Source: a virus (lineage: Duplodnaviria; Heunggongvirae; Uroviricota; Caudoviricetes). From it: 64,000 nt of DNA. The notes below the pieces were generated by a model. The model saw nothing but the letters and a program-made list of their open reading frames with translations, had not been told where the DNA came from and searched no databases. Positions within the stretch are counted from its first letter, which is position 1. Each line of letters opens with the position of its first letter. Location: positions 49,380 to 113,379 of IMG/VR virus record IMGVR_UViG_3300028832_000101. The stretch is one strand, 5' to 3'. A program made the translations under genes and the position numbers. Positions 19,699 to 31,271 of this stretch are shown in pieces.

Positions 19699-22600
19699 AT
19701 GGGAAATAGATTTGAAGTGCACTCACATACATATTATAGCAACATCAGATTGTTAGACTCAATTAATCGTCCTAAAGATTTAATTAATAGAGCGATTGAG
19801 TTAGGTTTATCAGGTATTGCAATCACAGATCACGAGGCAATATGTTCTCACCCTGAGATAAACTTCTATCAAGATGAAATTAAAGAAGCACATCCTGATT
19901 TTAAAATAGCATTAGGAAATGAAATATATTTAACTGATAATAGAGAAAAAGGACAAAGATATTATCACTTTATTTTGATAGCAAAAAATAAAGAGGGACA
20001 TAGAGCATTAAGAGAATTATCCTCAAGAGCTTGGATGAATAGTTATTGGGATAGAGGTCTTGAAAGAGTTCCAACATTAAAAAGTGATTTAGAAGAAATA
20101 TTAAAAAAATATCCTAATTCATTAATAGGAACAACAGCATGTCTTGGTGGAGAATTATCAGTTAACACATTAGAGTTAATTAGATGTGAAACAACAGGAG
20201 ATGAAAATGGTGCGGCGATCGCCCATAATAATATAGTTAACTTCTTACTTTGGTGTAAGGAAGTGTTTGGTGATGGTAATTTTTATATTGAATGTGCACC
20301 AGGTGCCAGCCGCGATCAAATATTAGTTAACAAGAGATTTCCTGCTATTGCAAAAGCATTTGGTTTAAAAATGGTTGTTGGTTCAGATGCGCATTATCTT
20401 AAAAAAGAAGATAGATATGTTCACAAAGCATATTTAAACTCTAAAGGGGGAGAACGTGAAGTAGACGAGTTCTATGAATATGCATACCTACAAGATAATG
20501 ATGAAATTAAAACTAACTTATATGCATCTGAATTTAGTGATGATTTTATAGAACAAATGTTTAATAATAGTTATGAAATATATGAAAAGATAGAAAATTA
20601 TAGTTTAGCTCATGCACAAACTATTCCTAAGGTAGAAGTAGCTAATTATGAAAGAAAATTAGATACATCAATGAATAATTATCCTATCTTACAAGGAATG
20701 TTGAATGATGAAGATAAAGTAAATAGATATTGGGTAAATAAATGTTTAGAAAAATTAAAAGAAAAAGATATTTATAATGAAACATATTTAAGTAGACTTG
20801 AAGAAGAAGCAGATATAAAGCAAACAATTAGTGAAAAGTTAGGAACTAATATGTTTAGTTATCCTATAACTTTACAACATTATGTAGATTTATTCTGGGA
20901 ATGCGGCAGTATCGTAGGTGCTGGTCGTGGTTCAAGTTGTTCAGGTCTTAACCATTATTTATTAGGTATAACTCAACTAGACCCAATCCAATGGAATCTT
21001 CCATTCTGGAGATATTTAAATAAAGAGAGAGTTGAGTTAGGTGATATAGATTTGGATTTATGTCCAAGTAAACGTCCTAAAATTTTAAATGAAATTAAAA
21101 AAGAAAGAGGACAAAACTTTAATAAAGATATAGATGATTTAAGTAGAAAGAATTTAGGTTGTACTTTAATAGCAACATTTGGTACAGAGGGAACTCGTTC
21201 AACAATCTTAACCGCTTGCCGCGGATATAGAAGTGAAGATTTCCCAGATGGTATTGATGTTGATACTGCACAATATTTATCATCATTAATCCCAAGTGAA
21301 CGTGGTTTCTTATGGAGCTTAAGTGATGTTGTAAATGGAAATGAAGATAAAGATAGAAAGCCAATTAAATCATTTATAAATGAAGTTAATCAGTTCCCAG
21401 GATTATTAGATATAATGATGGGTATTGAAGGATTAGTTAATAAAAGAAGTTCACATGCATCAGGAGTAATCTTATTTGATGAAGATCCATATGAATTTGG
21501 TTCTTTTATGAGAACTCCAAAAGGTGAGGTTATCACAGCATATGATCTACATATGTGTGAAGCATGTGGAATGACAAAATATGACTTCTTAGTAACAGAA
21601 GTTCAAGATAAATTAGCAGAAGCAATTAGAATGTTGCAAGACTATGGAGAAATTGAAGACGATTTAACTCTAAGAGAGGTTTATGATAAATATTTTCATC
21701 CAAGTGTACTACCTATTGAAGAGGATAAATATTGGAAAGTTATTCAAGAAAATAGTATTTTAAATTTGTTTCAATTTGATAGTGATGTAGGTAGTCAAGC
21801 CGCAAAAAAGATTAAACCATCTAATATGATGGAGTTGGCAGATGCAAATGGTTTAATGAGATTAATGACCGCAGAAAAAGGTCAAGAGTCTCCAATGGAT
21901 AAATATATTAGATTTAAAAATAATATAGATTTATGGTATAAAGAAATGGACGGATATGGTCTTACAAAAGAAGAACAAAAAACTTTAGAGCCATATTTTA
22001 AAAGTTCACATGGTGTACCACCATCACAAGAGCAATTAATGAAAATGTTAATGGATGAAAATGTTTGTAACTTTAGTTTAAAAGATGCAAATGCCGCCCG
22101 TAAAATTGTTGGTAAAAAGCAAATGAGTAAAATCCCTGGATTAAAGGCGCAAGTATTAGAACAAGCTAAATCTCCAAACTTAGGTAGATATGTATGGACT
22201 TGCGGTATTGGTCCACAAATGGGTTATTCATTTAGTATTATTCATGCTCTTGCATATAGTTTCATTGGTTTTCAAACTGCATATATAGCAACTAGATGGA
22301 ATCCTATATATTGGAACACAGCATGTTTAGTTGTTAATAGCGGAAGTCTTGAAGAAGAAAGTGATTTTGAAGAAGATGAAGATGGATTTGTTGTTGAAAA
22401 GAAAGAAAAGACAACAGATTATAGTAAAATAGCAAAAGCATTAAGTGATATTATAAACAAAGGAATTAAAGTTAGTTTAGTTGATATAAATAAGTCTGAT
22501 TATAGTTTTGAACCTGATGTTGATAATAATGAAATATTATTTGGTATGAAAGCATTAAGTAATGTTGGAGGCCCTATAATAGAACAAATTAAAGCTGGTC

Positions 22601-23649
22601 GTCCATATGCGGGAATAGCTGACTTTATGGCAAAATGTCCATTAAATAAAAGTGCGATGATTAGTTTAATTAAAGGTGGTGCTTTTGATAAAGTAGATGA
22701 AAAATATGCGGTTGCCGCAGGTGTAGAAACAAGAATTTGGACTATGACATATTATTTATCTAAAGTATGTGATGCTAAGAAAAGATTAACTCTACAAAAC
22801 TTTAATGGTTTATTGCAACATGATTTAATCCCAGAAGAATTAGATTTTCAAAAAAGAACATTTAATTTTAATAAATATTTAAAAGCATCTCAAAAAGTTG
22901 GTAAATATTATGTATTTAATCAACCTTGTGAAGAATTTTATAATAAATATTTTGATATGGACCAACTAGAAGTAATAAATGGTTATACATGTATTCTTCA
23001 AACTAGATGGGATAAAATGTATCAAGATACAATGGGAGTCGCTAGAGACTACCTTCAAGAACATCAAGAAGAAATGTTAAAGAAATTTAACACAATGTTA
23101 TTTAAAGAATGTTGGGATAAATATGCTCAAGGAAATATCTCCGCATGGGAGATGGAAGCATTATGTTTCTACTATCATGAACATGAACTAGCACATGTAA
23201 ATAATTTAAAATATGGTTTAATAGATTTCTTTGAACTTCCACCTAATCCAGAAGTGGATACAATGTTCAAAAGAAATGGAAAAGAAATTCCTATATTTAA
23301 AACTTATAAAATAGTTGGAACAGTAATAAATAAAAATGATAATAAAAATAGTATAACATTATTAACTACAAATGGAGTAGTTCCTATTAAGTTCACAAAA
23401 GAATATTTTGCAATGTTCAATAGACAATTAAGTGAACTTGGAGAAGATGGAGTGAAACATGTTGTTGAAAAAGGTTGGTTTACAAGAGGAACGAAAGTAT
23501 TAGTAACTGGATTTAGAAGAGATGATACTTTCGTATCAAAAACTTATACAAAAACTTCAACACATCAATTATATAAAATTGAAGAAGTATATAATAATGG
23601 TGATATAAAATTAACTCATGAAAGAGGGAATGCGGCAGACCTTGGTTAG
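19699..23649 (+). CDS. DNA polymerase III alpha subunit (PHP domain + polymerase core), 1316 aa
   Basis: N-terminal PHP motif HSHTYYS...ITDHE; length and order typical of DnaE/PolC-family replicase. Confidence 0.85.
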   Translation: MGNRFEVHSHTYYSNIRLLDSINRPKDLINRAIELGLSGIAITDHEAICSHPEINFYQDEIKEAHPDFKIALGNEIYLTDNREKGQRYYHFILIAKNKEGHRALRELSSRAWMNSYWDRGLERVPTLKSDLEEILKKYPNSLIGTTACLGGELSVNTLELIRCETTGDENGAAIAHNNIVNFLLWCKEVFGDGNFYIECAPGASRDQILVNKRFPAIAKAFGLKMVVGSDAHYLKKEDRYVHKAYLNSKGGEREVDEFYEYAYLQDNDEIKTNLYASEFSDDFIEQMFNNSYEIYEKIENYSLAHAQTIPKVEVANYERKLDTSMNNYPILQGMLNDEDKVNRYWVNKCLEKLKEKDIYNETYLSRLEEEADIKQTISEKLGTNMFSYPITLQHYVDLFWECGSIVGAGRGSSCSGLNHYLLGITQLDPIQWNLPFWRYLNKERVELGDIDLDLCPSKRPKILNEIKKERGQNFNKDIDDLSRKNLGCTLIATFGTEGTRSTILTACRGYRSEDFPDGIDVDTAQYLSSLIPSERGFLWSLSDVVNGNEDKDRKPIKSFINEVNQFPGLLDIMMGIEGLVNKRSSHASGVILFDEDPYEFGSFMRTPKGEVITAYDLHMCEACGMTKYDFLVTEVQDKLAEAIRMLQDYGEIEDDLTLREVYDKYFHPSVLPIEEDKYWKVIQENSILNLFQFDSDVGSQAAKKIKPSNMMELADANGLMRLMTAEKGQESPMDKYIRFKNNIDLWYKEMDGYGLTKEEQKTLEPYFKSSHGVPPSQEQLMKMLMDENVCNFSLKDANAARKIVGKKQMSKIPGLKAQVLEQAKSPNLGRYVWTCGIGPQMGYSFSIIHALAYSFIGFQTAYIATRWNPIYWNTACLVVNSGSLEEESDFEEDEDGFVVEKKEKTTDYSKIAKALSDIINKGIKVSLVDINKSDYSFEPDVDNNEILFGMKALSNVGGPIIEQIKAGRPYAGIADFMAKCPLNKSAMISLIKGGAFDKVDEKYAVAAGVETRIWTMTYYLSKVCDAKKRLTLQNFNGLLQHDLIPEELDFQKRTFNFNKYLKASQKVGKYYVFNQPCEEFYNKYFDMDQLEVINGYTCILQTRWDKMYQDTMGVARDYLQEHQEEMLKKFNTMLFKECWDKYAQGNISAWEMEALCFYYHEHELAHVNNLKYGLIDFFELPPNPEVDTMFKRNGKEIPIFKTYKIVGTVINKNDNKNSITLLTTNGVVPIKFTKEYFAMFNRQLSELGEDGVKHVVEKGWFTRGTKVLVTGFRRDDTFVSKTYTKTSTHQLYKIEEVYNNGDIKLTHERGNAADLG

Positions 23650-23685
23650 AGAATTTTAAGCTGAGGTCTCCGCAAGGAGGTTTAT

Positions 23686-23916
23686 ATGAAAACAGTAATT
23701 AAACATGGCTATCAAATCAGAATGCATACAATATGTCCCTATTGCGGATGTGAGTTTACATACGAAAGTCAAGATATAATTGCAACACCTATAATTTCTA
23801 ATCATTCATCAACTAATTATGTATATTCGCCAGGTGCTTATGTTACCTGTCCAGATTGTGGAGCAATGCTTTACATATCAATTTATTTCCCTTATAAATA
23901 CCCACAAATAACTTGA
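23686..23916 (+). CDS. hypothetical zinc-ribbon protein; ends at TGA in standard code, would read through to TAA near 23949 under table 4
   Basis: CPYCGCEF...CPDCGAML; only early-region ORF terminated by TGA. Confidence 0.45.
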   Translation: MKTVIKHGYQIRMHTICPYCGCEFTYESQDIIATPIISNHSSTNYVYSPGAYVTCPDCGAMLYISIYFPYKYPQIT

Positions 23917-23932
23917 ACTACGAGGGCAATAT

Positions 23933-24496
23933 ATGACCAATCATTATAAGATTATAGCATTATTTGGACCAAGTGGAAGTGGCAAAGATACACTTGCAAA
24001 AATATTGGCAGAACGAAAAGATATAAATGAAATAGTTAGTTGTACTACTCGCCCTATGCGAGATTATGAAAAAGATGGAGTTGACTATCATTTTTTAACT
24101 AATGAAGATTTTGCAAAAAAAGTTTTAGACGGTAGTATGTTAGAAGCTACTAGCTTCCGTGACTGGTTTTATGGAACGCCTATTGATTCTCTAAAAGAAG
24201 ATAAAATAAATGTAGGAGTATTTAATATACAAGGTATTGATTGTTTATTAAAAGATAATAGATTAAAAATATACCCTATATATGTTGCTTGTGAAGATAA
24301 ACTTCGTTTGCAACGTGCTCTTGATAGAGAAGTAAATCCAGATTGTGAAGAAATTTGTCGCCGCTTTTTAACAGATTTACAAGATTTTGAAGATATACCT
24401 TTTGAGTATTATACTCATTATAATGGCGCAAAGGTCGATCCAAACTGGATTATTCCAGACCTTATAGAGCAAGATATCTTAAGCAAAGTAGATTAA
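23933..24496 (+). CDS. deoxynucleoside monophosphate kinase / guanylate-kinase-like P-loop kinase
   Basis: P-loop FGPSGSGKDTL. Confidence 0.6.
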   Translation: MTNHYKIIALFGPSGSGKDTLAKILAERKDINEIVSCTTRPMRDYEKDGVDYHFLTNEDFAKKVLDGSMLEATSFRDWFYGTPIDSLKEDKINVGVFNIQGIDCLLKDNRLKIYPIYVACEDKLRLQRALDREVNPDCEEICRRFLTDLQDFEDIPFEYYTHYNGAKVDPNWIIPDLIEQDILSKVD

Positions 24497-24577
24497 TCTA
24501 TATGAACTGGAATTTATAATAAGATAGAGGGTATTTTTAAACCACTCGAAATAATTTATATACTGAGGAGGTTGACT

Positions 24578-26908
24578 ATGAATGTCATTAAAAGAGATGG
24601 AAGAATTGTAGAATTCGATCCAACAAAAATTCATAACGCAATTTTAGCAGCTTTTAAGAGCGTTGATGGAGAAATTACTGATTATGCAATAGATAAAGCT
24701 GAAAATATTGCAAGCTATATTGAAGGATATTATTTAGATGTTGACGAAACACCTAGTATTGAAGATATCCAAGATTTAGTTGAAAAAGGATTAATGGCAA
24801 CAAAAAGAAAAGATGTTGCTAAAGAATATATCCTTTATAGAGAAGAAAGAAATAAAAAAAGACAATTTAATTCTTCTCTAATGAAAAATGTAAAAGAAAA
24901 AATTGAAGCATCAGATGTTCAAAATCAAAATGCAAATGTTGACGAGCATTCATTTGGTGGCCGCATGGGTGAAGCTAGAAGTGAAGTTATGAAAAACTAT
25001 GCATTAAATTATATTGTATCTGATATGGCAAGAGAAAATCATTTAAATAATGAAATATATATTCATGATTTAGATAGTTATGCAGTTGGTATGCACAATT
25101 GTTTAACTGTACCTTTTGACCATTTATTAGCAAATGGTTTTAACACTAGACAAACTGATGTTAGACCTGCGCGTTCTATTAATACTGCATTTCAATTAGT
25201 AGCAGTTATATTTCAATTACAATCATTACAACAATTTGGCGGCGTTAGTGCAAGTCATTTAGACTGGACTATGGTACCTTATGTTAGATTAAGTTTCATT
25301 AAACATTGGAAAGATGGTTTAAAATATTGTGAAGATGATGGTTGAGGTGGATTTGCTAAAGAGGATATGCCAGAAGGAGTTTGGGATAGATTATGCTCAT
25401 ACTATAAAAATAATGCTGATAGACAGGTTGTAATAGATAAAAATAATTGGTCTGATAAATATTTACAATCTTTAGGTATTGAAAATCCTTTCTTTAAAGA
25501 AAATCCGAGAGCCTATCGATATGCTATGGATATGACTGAAAAAGAACTAATGCAAGCTGTACAAGGAATGTACCACAATTTAAATACATTACAATCTAGA
25601 AGTGGAAATCAATTACCTTTTACTTCAATTAACTATGGTACTTGTACTTTACCTGAAGGTAGAATGGTTACAAAAGCATTATTAGAGGGTAGTATTGAAG
25701 GTGTTGGTAAAGTTAGAAAAACTCCAATATTCCCATGTGGTATATTCCAATGCATGAAAGGCGTTAATCGTGAACCTGGAGATCCTAACTATGATTTATT
25801 TCAATTAGCCTTAGAGTCAACAGCTCAAAGATTATACCCTAATTATGTTAATGTAGACTGGTCAGTAAATGCGGGTTATGATAGAAATGATCCTAAAACA
25901 TATGTATCTACAATGGGATGTAGAACTTATAATGGTGCAGATATAAATGCAGATGAAGGCGTTAATCCTCAAACTAAGGATGGCCGCGGAAATATATGCC
26001 CTGTTACAATTATTATGCCTACTATTGCAATGTTAGCAAAAGGTGATGATGAAATCGGTCAAGTAGATATTGAAAAATTTATGATGATGCTTGATGATAA
26101 AATTCATGAGGCTAAAGATATGCTAATTGAAAGATATAAATATATTATTAGCCAAAATCCTAACTCAGCTAAGTTTATGTATGAAAACAATTGTATGTTA
26201 GGTTATGACGGCAAGACAGTAGAAAGTGCTATGAAACATGGTACATTGGCTCTTGGTCAAATTGGTCTTGCAGAAACATTACAAATATTAATTGGTAAAG
26301 ACCATACAACACCTGAAGGTATGGAACTTGCTAAAAGAATTGAACAATTATTTAAAGATAGATGTGCTGAATTTAAAAAAGAATATAAATTAAATATAGG
26401 TGTATATTATACTCCTGCAGAAAATTTATGTTATACATCTATGAAGAAATTTAAAAATAGATATGGAGAAATTCCTAATGTAAGTGATAGAGATTACTTT
26501 ACTAATAGTATTCATGTTCCAGTATGGAAACAAATGAGCCCTTTTGAAAAAATTGATATTGAAAGTCAATTAACTGGATACAGCAATGCTGGATGTATTA
26601 CTTACATTGAATTAGATGGTGGAGTTAAACATAATCTAAAAGCATTAGAACAAATTGTTGATTATGCTATGGATAAAGATATTCCTTATTTTGCAGTTAA
26701 TATTCCAAATGATACTTGTTTAGATTGCGGATATACAGATGAATTTAATGATAAATGTCCTATATGTGGCAGCAGCCATATACAACAACTTAGACGCGTA
26801 ACAGGATACTTAACAGGAGATTATAAAACTGCATTTAATAAAGGTAAACAACAAGAAACAGAACAAAGAGTAAAACATTCTGACTCTTTAGAGGGATGGA
26901 ATGATTAG
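24578..26908 (+). CDS. nrdD: anaerobic ribonucleoside-triphosphate reductase (one in-frame TGA=Trp at 25346-25348)
   Basis: ATP-cone N-terminus; C-terminal CLDCGY...CPICGS zinc site and glycyl-radical RRVTGYLTG; the two track ORFs 24572-25345 and 25367-26908 are in one frame joined by TGA. Confidence 0.85.
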
Positions 26909-27392
26909 AATAGCAGGGATTAATGATAATGATGTTGTTAATGGAGAAGGCATCTGCGTAAGTGTATTCTTACAAGGATGTCCTTTCCATTGCCCTGGTT
27001 GTCATAATCCTGAAACTTGAAATTCAGAAGGCGGAAAAGCCTGGTATGAAGACGAATTAATTGAACATATTATAAAATTAATTGGTGCTAATAATATACA
27101 AAGAGGCTTAAGTATCTTAGGTGGAGAAACATTAGATACTGATGATAAAAGAGAATTTATAAAACAATTAATCTATAAAGTAAGAGATAAATATCCTACA
27201 ATAGTAATTGCATTATGAACAGGATATACTTTTGAAGAATTACAAAAAGATTTAGGAGTAAATTATATATTACATAATATAGATTATTTAATAGATGGTC
27301 CTTTCATATTGGCAGAACGAGATATAACTTTGAAATGGCGCGGCAGCCGCAATCAAAGAATTATAAATATGAAAGAATTAAGGAGGAAATAA
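26901..27392 (+). CDS. nrdG: anaerobic RNR activating enzyme (radical SAM), two in-frame TGA=Trp
   Basis: GCPFHCPGCHNPETW with W encoded by TGA at the universally conserved T-W position. Confidence 0.85.
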
Positions 27393-27394
27393 AT

Positions 27395-28345
27395 ATGAAT
27401 GAACCTATTGATATAGTGCTAACATATGTAGATAGTACAGATAAACAATGGCAAAAATCATTTAAACAAATGCAAAATAAAGAAGTAAGAAAAGGAATCT
27501 TAGATAAAAGTGATTGTCAAGCTTTTGGAGAAGATAGATTTAGAGATTGGAATACTTTAAAATATTGGTTCCGTGGAGTAGAACAAAATTGTCCATGAGT
27601 AAATAAAATATTTTTTATAGTTCAATCTGAAAGTCAAATTCCAGAATGGTTAGATACAACAAATCCAAAATTAAGAATCGTATATCATAAAGAATATATC
27701 CCTAGTAGACTATTACCTGTATTTAATAGTAGACCTATTGAATTATATACTTGTAAAATAAAAGATTTATCTAAAAATTATATTAGATGTAATGATGATT
27801 GTTATTTTATTAACCCTGTTGAAGAAGAAAGATTCTTTAGAAATAACAAACCTGTTTTACCAGACAATAAAAGAGAATTTAAATTTTTCAATGCTGAAGG
27901 TAAAGGAGCTCCATTCTGGGGTGCATTAAATAATAATATGACAATAGAACAAGAATATTTAAAAGGTAGAGATTATAATTATGGTATTGCTCATTTACAA
28001 ACTCCTTGTGATAAAGAGTTTGAATTAGAAATACTAAATAAATATTATGGAGATATATTAAAAAGAAATAGTTATAGTCATTTTAAAAATGAAAAACAAT
28101 ATAATGTATTTTTATATGATAATTTAGAAAGATTATGTGATAATGCTATAATTGATGAAAATGTATATGAAAATTGTAGTTATTTATTCTTAAATCCAGA
28201 GCTTGATTATAACGAAGTAGGTAAAAAAATATTTGTTTGTCTTAATGATACTGATAAAGCAAATGAAAATTTTGATTTAGTATATGAACAATTACATACT
28301 TTCTTTGAAGATAAATTCCCTAATAAATCTTCATATGAAAAATAA
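27395..28345 (+). CDS. putative sugar-phosphate/glycosyl transferase with Stealth CR1/CR2-like motifs (one in-frame TGA)
   Basis: LTYVDSTDKQWQ and CNDDCYFINPV resemble Stealth conserved regions. Confidence 0.45.
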
Positions 28346-28378
28346 GACTTATTTAATTTTAAATAAGTCTTTTTTATT
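28346..28378 (+). terminator. intrinsic terminator aagacttatttaa-ttttaaataagtctt + T-run
   Basis: 13 bp inverted repeat then tttttattt. Confidence 0.6.
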
Positions 28379-28399
28379 TTAAATGAAAAGAGATGAATA

Positions 28400-28639
28400 T
28401 ATGTATTCTTGGGAGATAGCTCAATTTTTAGCTGAGCATAATTATTGTATTGGCGGAGATGATTTACTTTTTATCACTGATGTAAAACAACATCCGCAAC
28501 TATGTCGTATTAAATATGACCCTTTTAACAATAAATATGAAATGTGAGATTATGAAGGTAATTACTTTTGTTTTTATGTTATTCCTTATGAAGAAGCATT
28601 AGAACAGGGTTTGGTTAAAAAGAAAACTTTGAAAAAATA
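28400..28639 (+). CDS. hypothetical 79 aa protein (one in-frame TGA)
   Basis: open only under table 4. Confidence 0.4.
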
Positions 28640-28690
28640 AAAAATATATGATATAATATTTATATATAAAAGGAAAGAAGGATAAAATAG

Positions 28691-29155
28691 ATGATAAGAC
28701 CAATTTTTAAATATCCAAAGGATAAAGATATATTAACTACACCAAGTGTAGAAGTAACAGAATTTACTGAAGAAATTAAACAAACTATTAAAGATTTAAT
28801 AGATACAGTCCAAGCAAATAATGGAGCTGGCATTTCCGCAATTCAAATAGGAAAGCCATATCGTATTTGTGTAATTAACTGGGGTGGAATTCATGTTTTA
28901 GTTAACCCAGTAATTACAAGATCGAGAGGTGTCCATGTATTGAAAGAAGGATGTTTATCTGTACCTGGACTATATATTGAAACTCCAAGAGCACAAAAGG
29001 TATGGGTCACTGCTCTAGATGAAAATGGACAAGAGTATGAATTAGCAGAAGGCGGAAATACTAGTTATATTATTCAACATGAGTTAGACCACTTTGAAGG
29101 AAAATGTAGTTTATTTGTTGCATATGATGCAATGATGTCACAAAAGGAGAATTAA
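28691..29155 (+). CDS. def: peptide deformylase
   Basis: GAGISAIQIG, EGCLSVPG, HELDHFEG motifs. Confidence 0.8.
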   Translation: MIRPIFKYPKDKDILTTPSVEVTEFTEEIKQTIKDLIDTVQANNGAGISAIQIGKPYRICVINWGGIHVLVNPVITRSRGVHVLKEGCLSVPGLYIETPRAQKVWVTALDENGQEYELAEGGNTSYIIQHELDHFEGKCSLFVAYDAMMSQKEN

Positions 29156-29156
29156 T

Positions 29157-29735
29157 ATGAATATAATATCTAAATTTTTTAAAACTAGACAACAAAGAAA
29201 AGCATTTAGAAAATTTCTTGATAAACATAAAAAGAATATTTTAAAAGCATATTATGAAATGCTTAATTGTCAAGACCTTGAGTGGATAATGCAAGATCCA
29301 GTTATGTTAGATATTTTATGGGAGAGAGTTCTTACTCATGATGACAGTAAATATGAAGAAGATGAATTTGAATGTTATAGAAAACATTATTTCCCAATAG
29401 ATAAAAAAGAATATATAGAAAATGAAAAAGAGTTTGAAGAAGTATGGTTTAGACATATTCATAATAATGACCATCATTGGCAAGCTAGAACTGATTGGGA
29501 AGACGAATATTTTGATATAAATACTGAGGCGGCATGTCTTGAAAATATAATTGACTGGCTTGCAGTTGGTTATGAATTAAATGACCGCCCAATTGATTAC
29601 TATGAAGCTCATAAAGATGAGATTGATTTACCACCTAAACAAATCCAATTTATAGAAAGATGTATTTATCAAGGAATTGATAAAGATTATATAGAAATGA
29701 GAGATAGTATATATGATGTCTGGAATCGTATATAA
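29157..29735 (+). CDS. hypothetical protein, possible HD-domain phosphohydrolase
   Basis: LTHDDSKYE and HIHNNDHHW His/Asp clusters. Confidence 0.4.
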   Translation: MNIISKFFKTRQQRKAFRKFLDKHKKNILKAYYEMLNCQDLEWIMQDPVMLDILWERVLTHDDSKYEEDEFECYRKHYFPIDKKEYIENEKEFEEVWFRHIHNNDHHWQARTDWEDEYFDINTEAACLENIIDWLAVGYELNDRPIDYYEAHKDEIDLPPKQIQFIERCIYQGIDKDYIEMRDSIYDVWNRI

Positions 29736-29810
29736 TTTATTAATGTTTCTATTTGGATTAATATTAGGATGGTTTCTCGGAGCTTTATCTGATGAATAGA
29801 GGTGAAATAA

Positions 29811-30215
29811 ATGAAGTTCTTTAAAAACAAAAAGAAAAAAGAAACAAAACAAATTGCAATGGGAACTTTATATGATTTAAATAAAAGTATTGTAGAAAAA
29901 AATATAGATGCTTTATCTGAAGAAGATATGCAAAATAAAAAGAATTTAATTATTAAATTTTTAGAAGATACTGATAATATTTATTATATGTTATTATGTA
30001 ATGATAGAAAAGATTATACAGTATTTCATCATTTAGATACTAATATAGAATGTTTACAAGATGTTTTAATTGATGAATGTTTACCTAACCGCGGTTATAC
30101 TAAATCAATTGAACTAACTAAAAATAATGATGCTATTGAAATATGGATCTCAATTGATGGAGATAGTTATTGTTACTATTTCTTCCCATATGATGAAGCT
30201 ATAATAGAATGTTAG
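29811..30215 (+). CDS. hypothetical protein
   Basis: ORF track. Confidence 0.45.
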   Translation: MKFFKNKKKKETKQIAMGTLYDLNKSIVEKNIDALSEEDMQNKKNLIIKFLEDTDNIYYMLLCNDRKDYTVFHHLDTNIECLQDVLIDECLPNRGYTKSIELTKNNDAIEIWISIDGDSYCYYFFPYDEAIIEC

Positions 30216-30225
30216 GAGGATTTAT

Positions 30226-30489
30226 ATGAATAGTTATATTATTATTAATTTAAAAAACTTTACTTTTGCTCATGAAATCTATGTATTTAATGAAGAAAAT
30301 GAAGTTCTTACTAAAACACAATGTTCTATGGGAAATCTTGCGGAAACAGTTGCTGAATATAGTAATTTATATAGAGCAAATAAAGTTAAAATTATGGGAA
30401 AGAATGCTTTCTCTAAAAAACTAGGTCAAGAGATAACTCAAACAAGTTTAGCTAAATATGAATTAAAAATAGATGTAGAATATATTTAG
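30226..30489 (+). CDS. hypothetical protein
   Basis: ORF track. Confidence 0.4.
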   Translation: MNSYIIINLKNFTFAHEIYVFNEENEVLTKTQCSMGNLAETVAEYSNLYRANKVKIMGKNAFSKKLGQEITQTSLAKYELKIDVEYI

Positions 30490-30499
30490 GAGGGATAAA

Positions 30500-30751
30500 A
30501 TGAAATATTTATTAGAAACTACTGAAAATTATAGAGTTGATAATGAAGCAGAAGCAAAAGAATTAATTGAAAAGGCTAAAAAAGGTGATAGTTATATTTT
30601 AAAAAAATATACTTCACAATATAAAGAAAGAAAACAAAAAGGCGAAGTAATAGATGCTTGGTATAGAGTTACATTAGTAAAAGTATTTACTGATGAAAAA
30701 GAACCTGATACACAAGTTGAAATTACTTATGATAATGGGAGTGCATTCTAA
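30500..30751 (+). CDS. hypothetical protein
   Basis: ORF track. Confidence 0.4.
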   Translation: MKYLLETTENYRVDNEAEAKELIEKAKKGDSYILKKYTSQYKERKQKGEVIDAWYRVTLVKVFTDEKEPDTQVEITYDNGSAF

Positions 30752-31239
30752 TGTTTGGGGAAATGTTTGTGAATGGCGTTAAAGTCAATCAGGGGCCTAC
30801 CATTCAAGGAATTAATTATACTAAACTAAGAGACGATGCACATGAACCAACTCAAGGTAGCGCGTTTGCCGCGGGTTATGATTTATATGCTGCTATTGAT
30901 GAAGAGGTTGCAATTCCTCCTCATCAAACAGTAAAAATTGGTACAGGTTTATCTTTTGAATTACCTGAATATACCTTTGGAGCAATCTTCGCTAGATCTG
31001 GGTTAGCCACAAAACAAGGCTTACGTCCTGCAAATTGTGTAGGAGTTTGTGATAGCGATTATCGTGGAGAATACATAGTTGCTATACATAATGATGGAGA
31101 TGTTGGACAATTTATCCAACCAGGAGATAGAATTGCTCAATTAGTCATTATGCCTTATATTCCTGTTACTTTTGTAGAAACTAAAAATTTAAGTGAAACA
31201 GAACGCGGCGATGGTGGTTTTGGTTCAACAGGAAAATAA
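30751..31239 (+). CDS. dut: dUTP diphosphatase
   Basis: AAGYDLYA, ARSGLATKQGL, RGDGGFGSTG motifs. Confidence 0.8.
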   Translation: MFGEMFVNGVKVNQGPTIQGINYTKLRDDAHEPTQGSAFAAGYDLYAAIDEEVAIPPHQTVKIGTGLSFELPEYTFGAIFARSGLATKQGLRPANCVGVCDSDYRGEYIVAIHNDGDVGQFIQPGDRIAQLVIMPYIPVTFVETKNLSETERGDGGFGSTGK

Positions 31240-31271
31240 TAAAAATTAGACGGAAAGGAAGGAATTAGGAG

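Noticed and set aside
23650-23690. Possible hairpin/terminator after the polymerase gene (ctgaggtctccgcaaggagg)
   Set aside because: No convincing inverted repeat. More likely just the RBS of the next gene.
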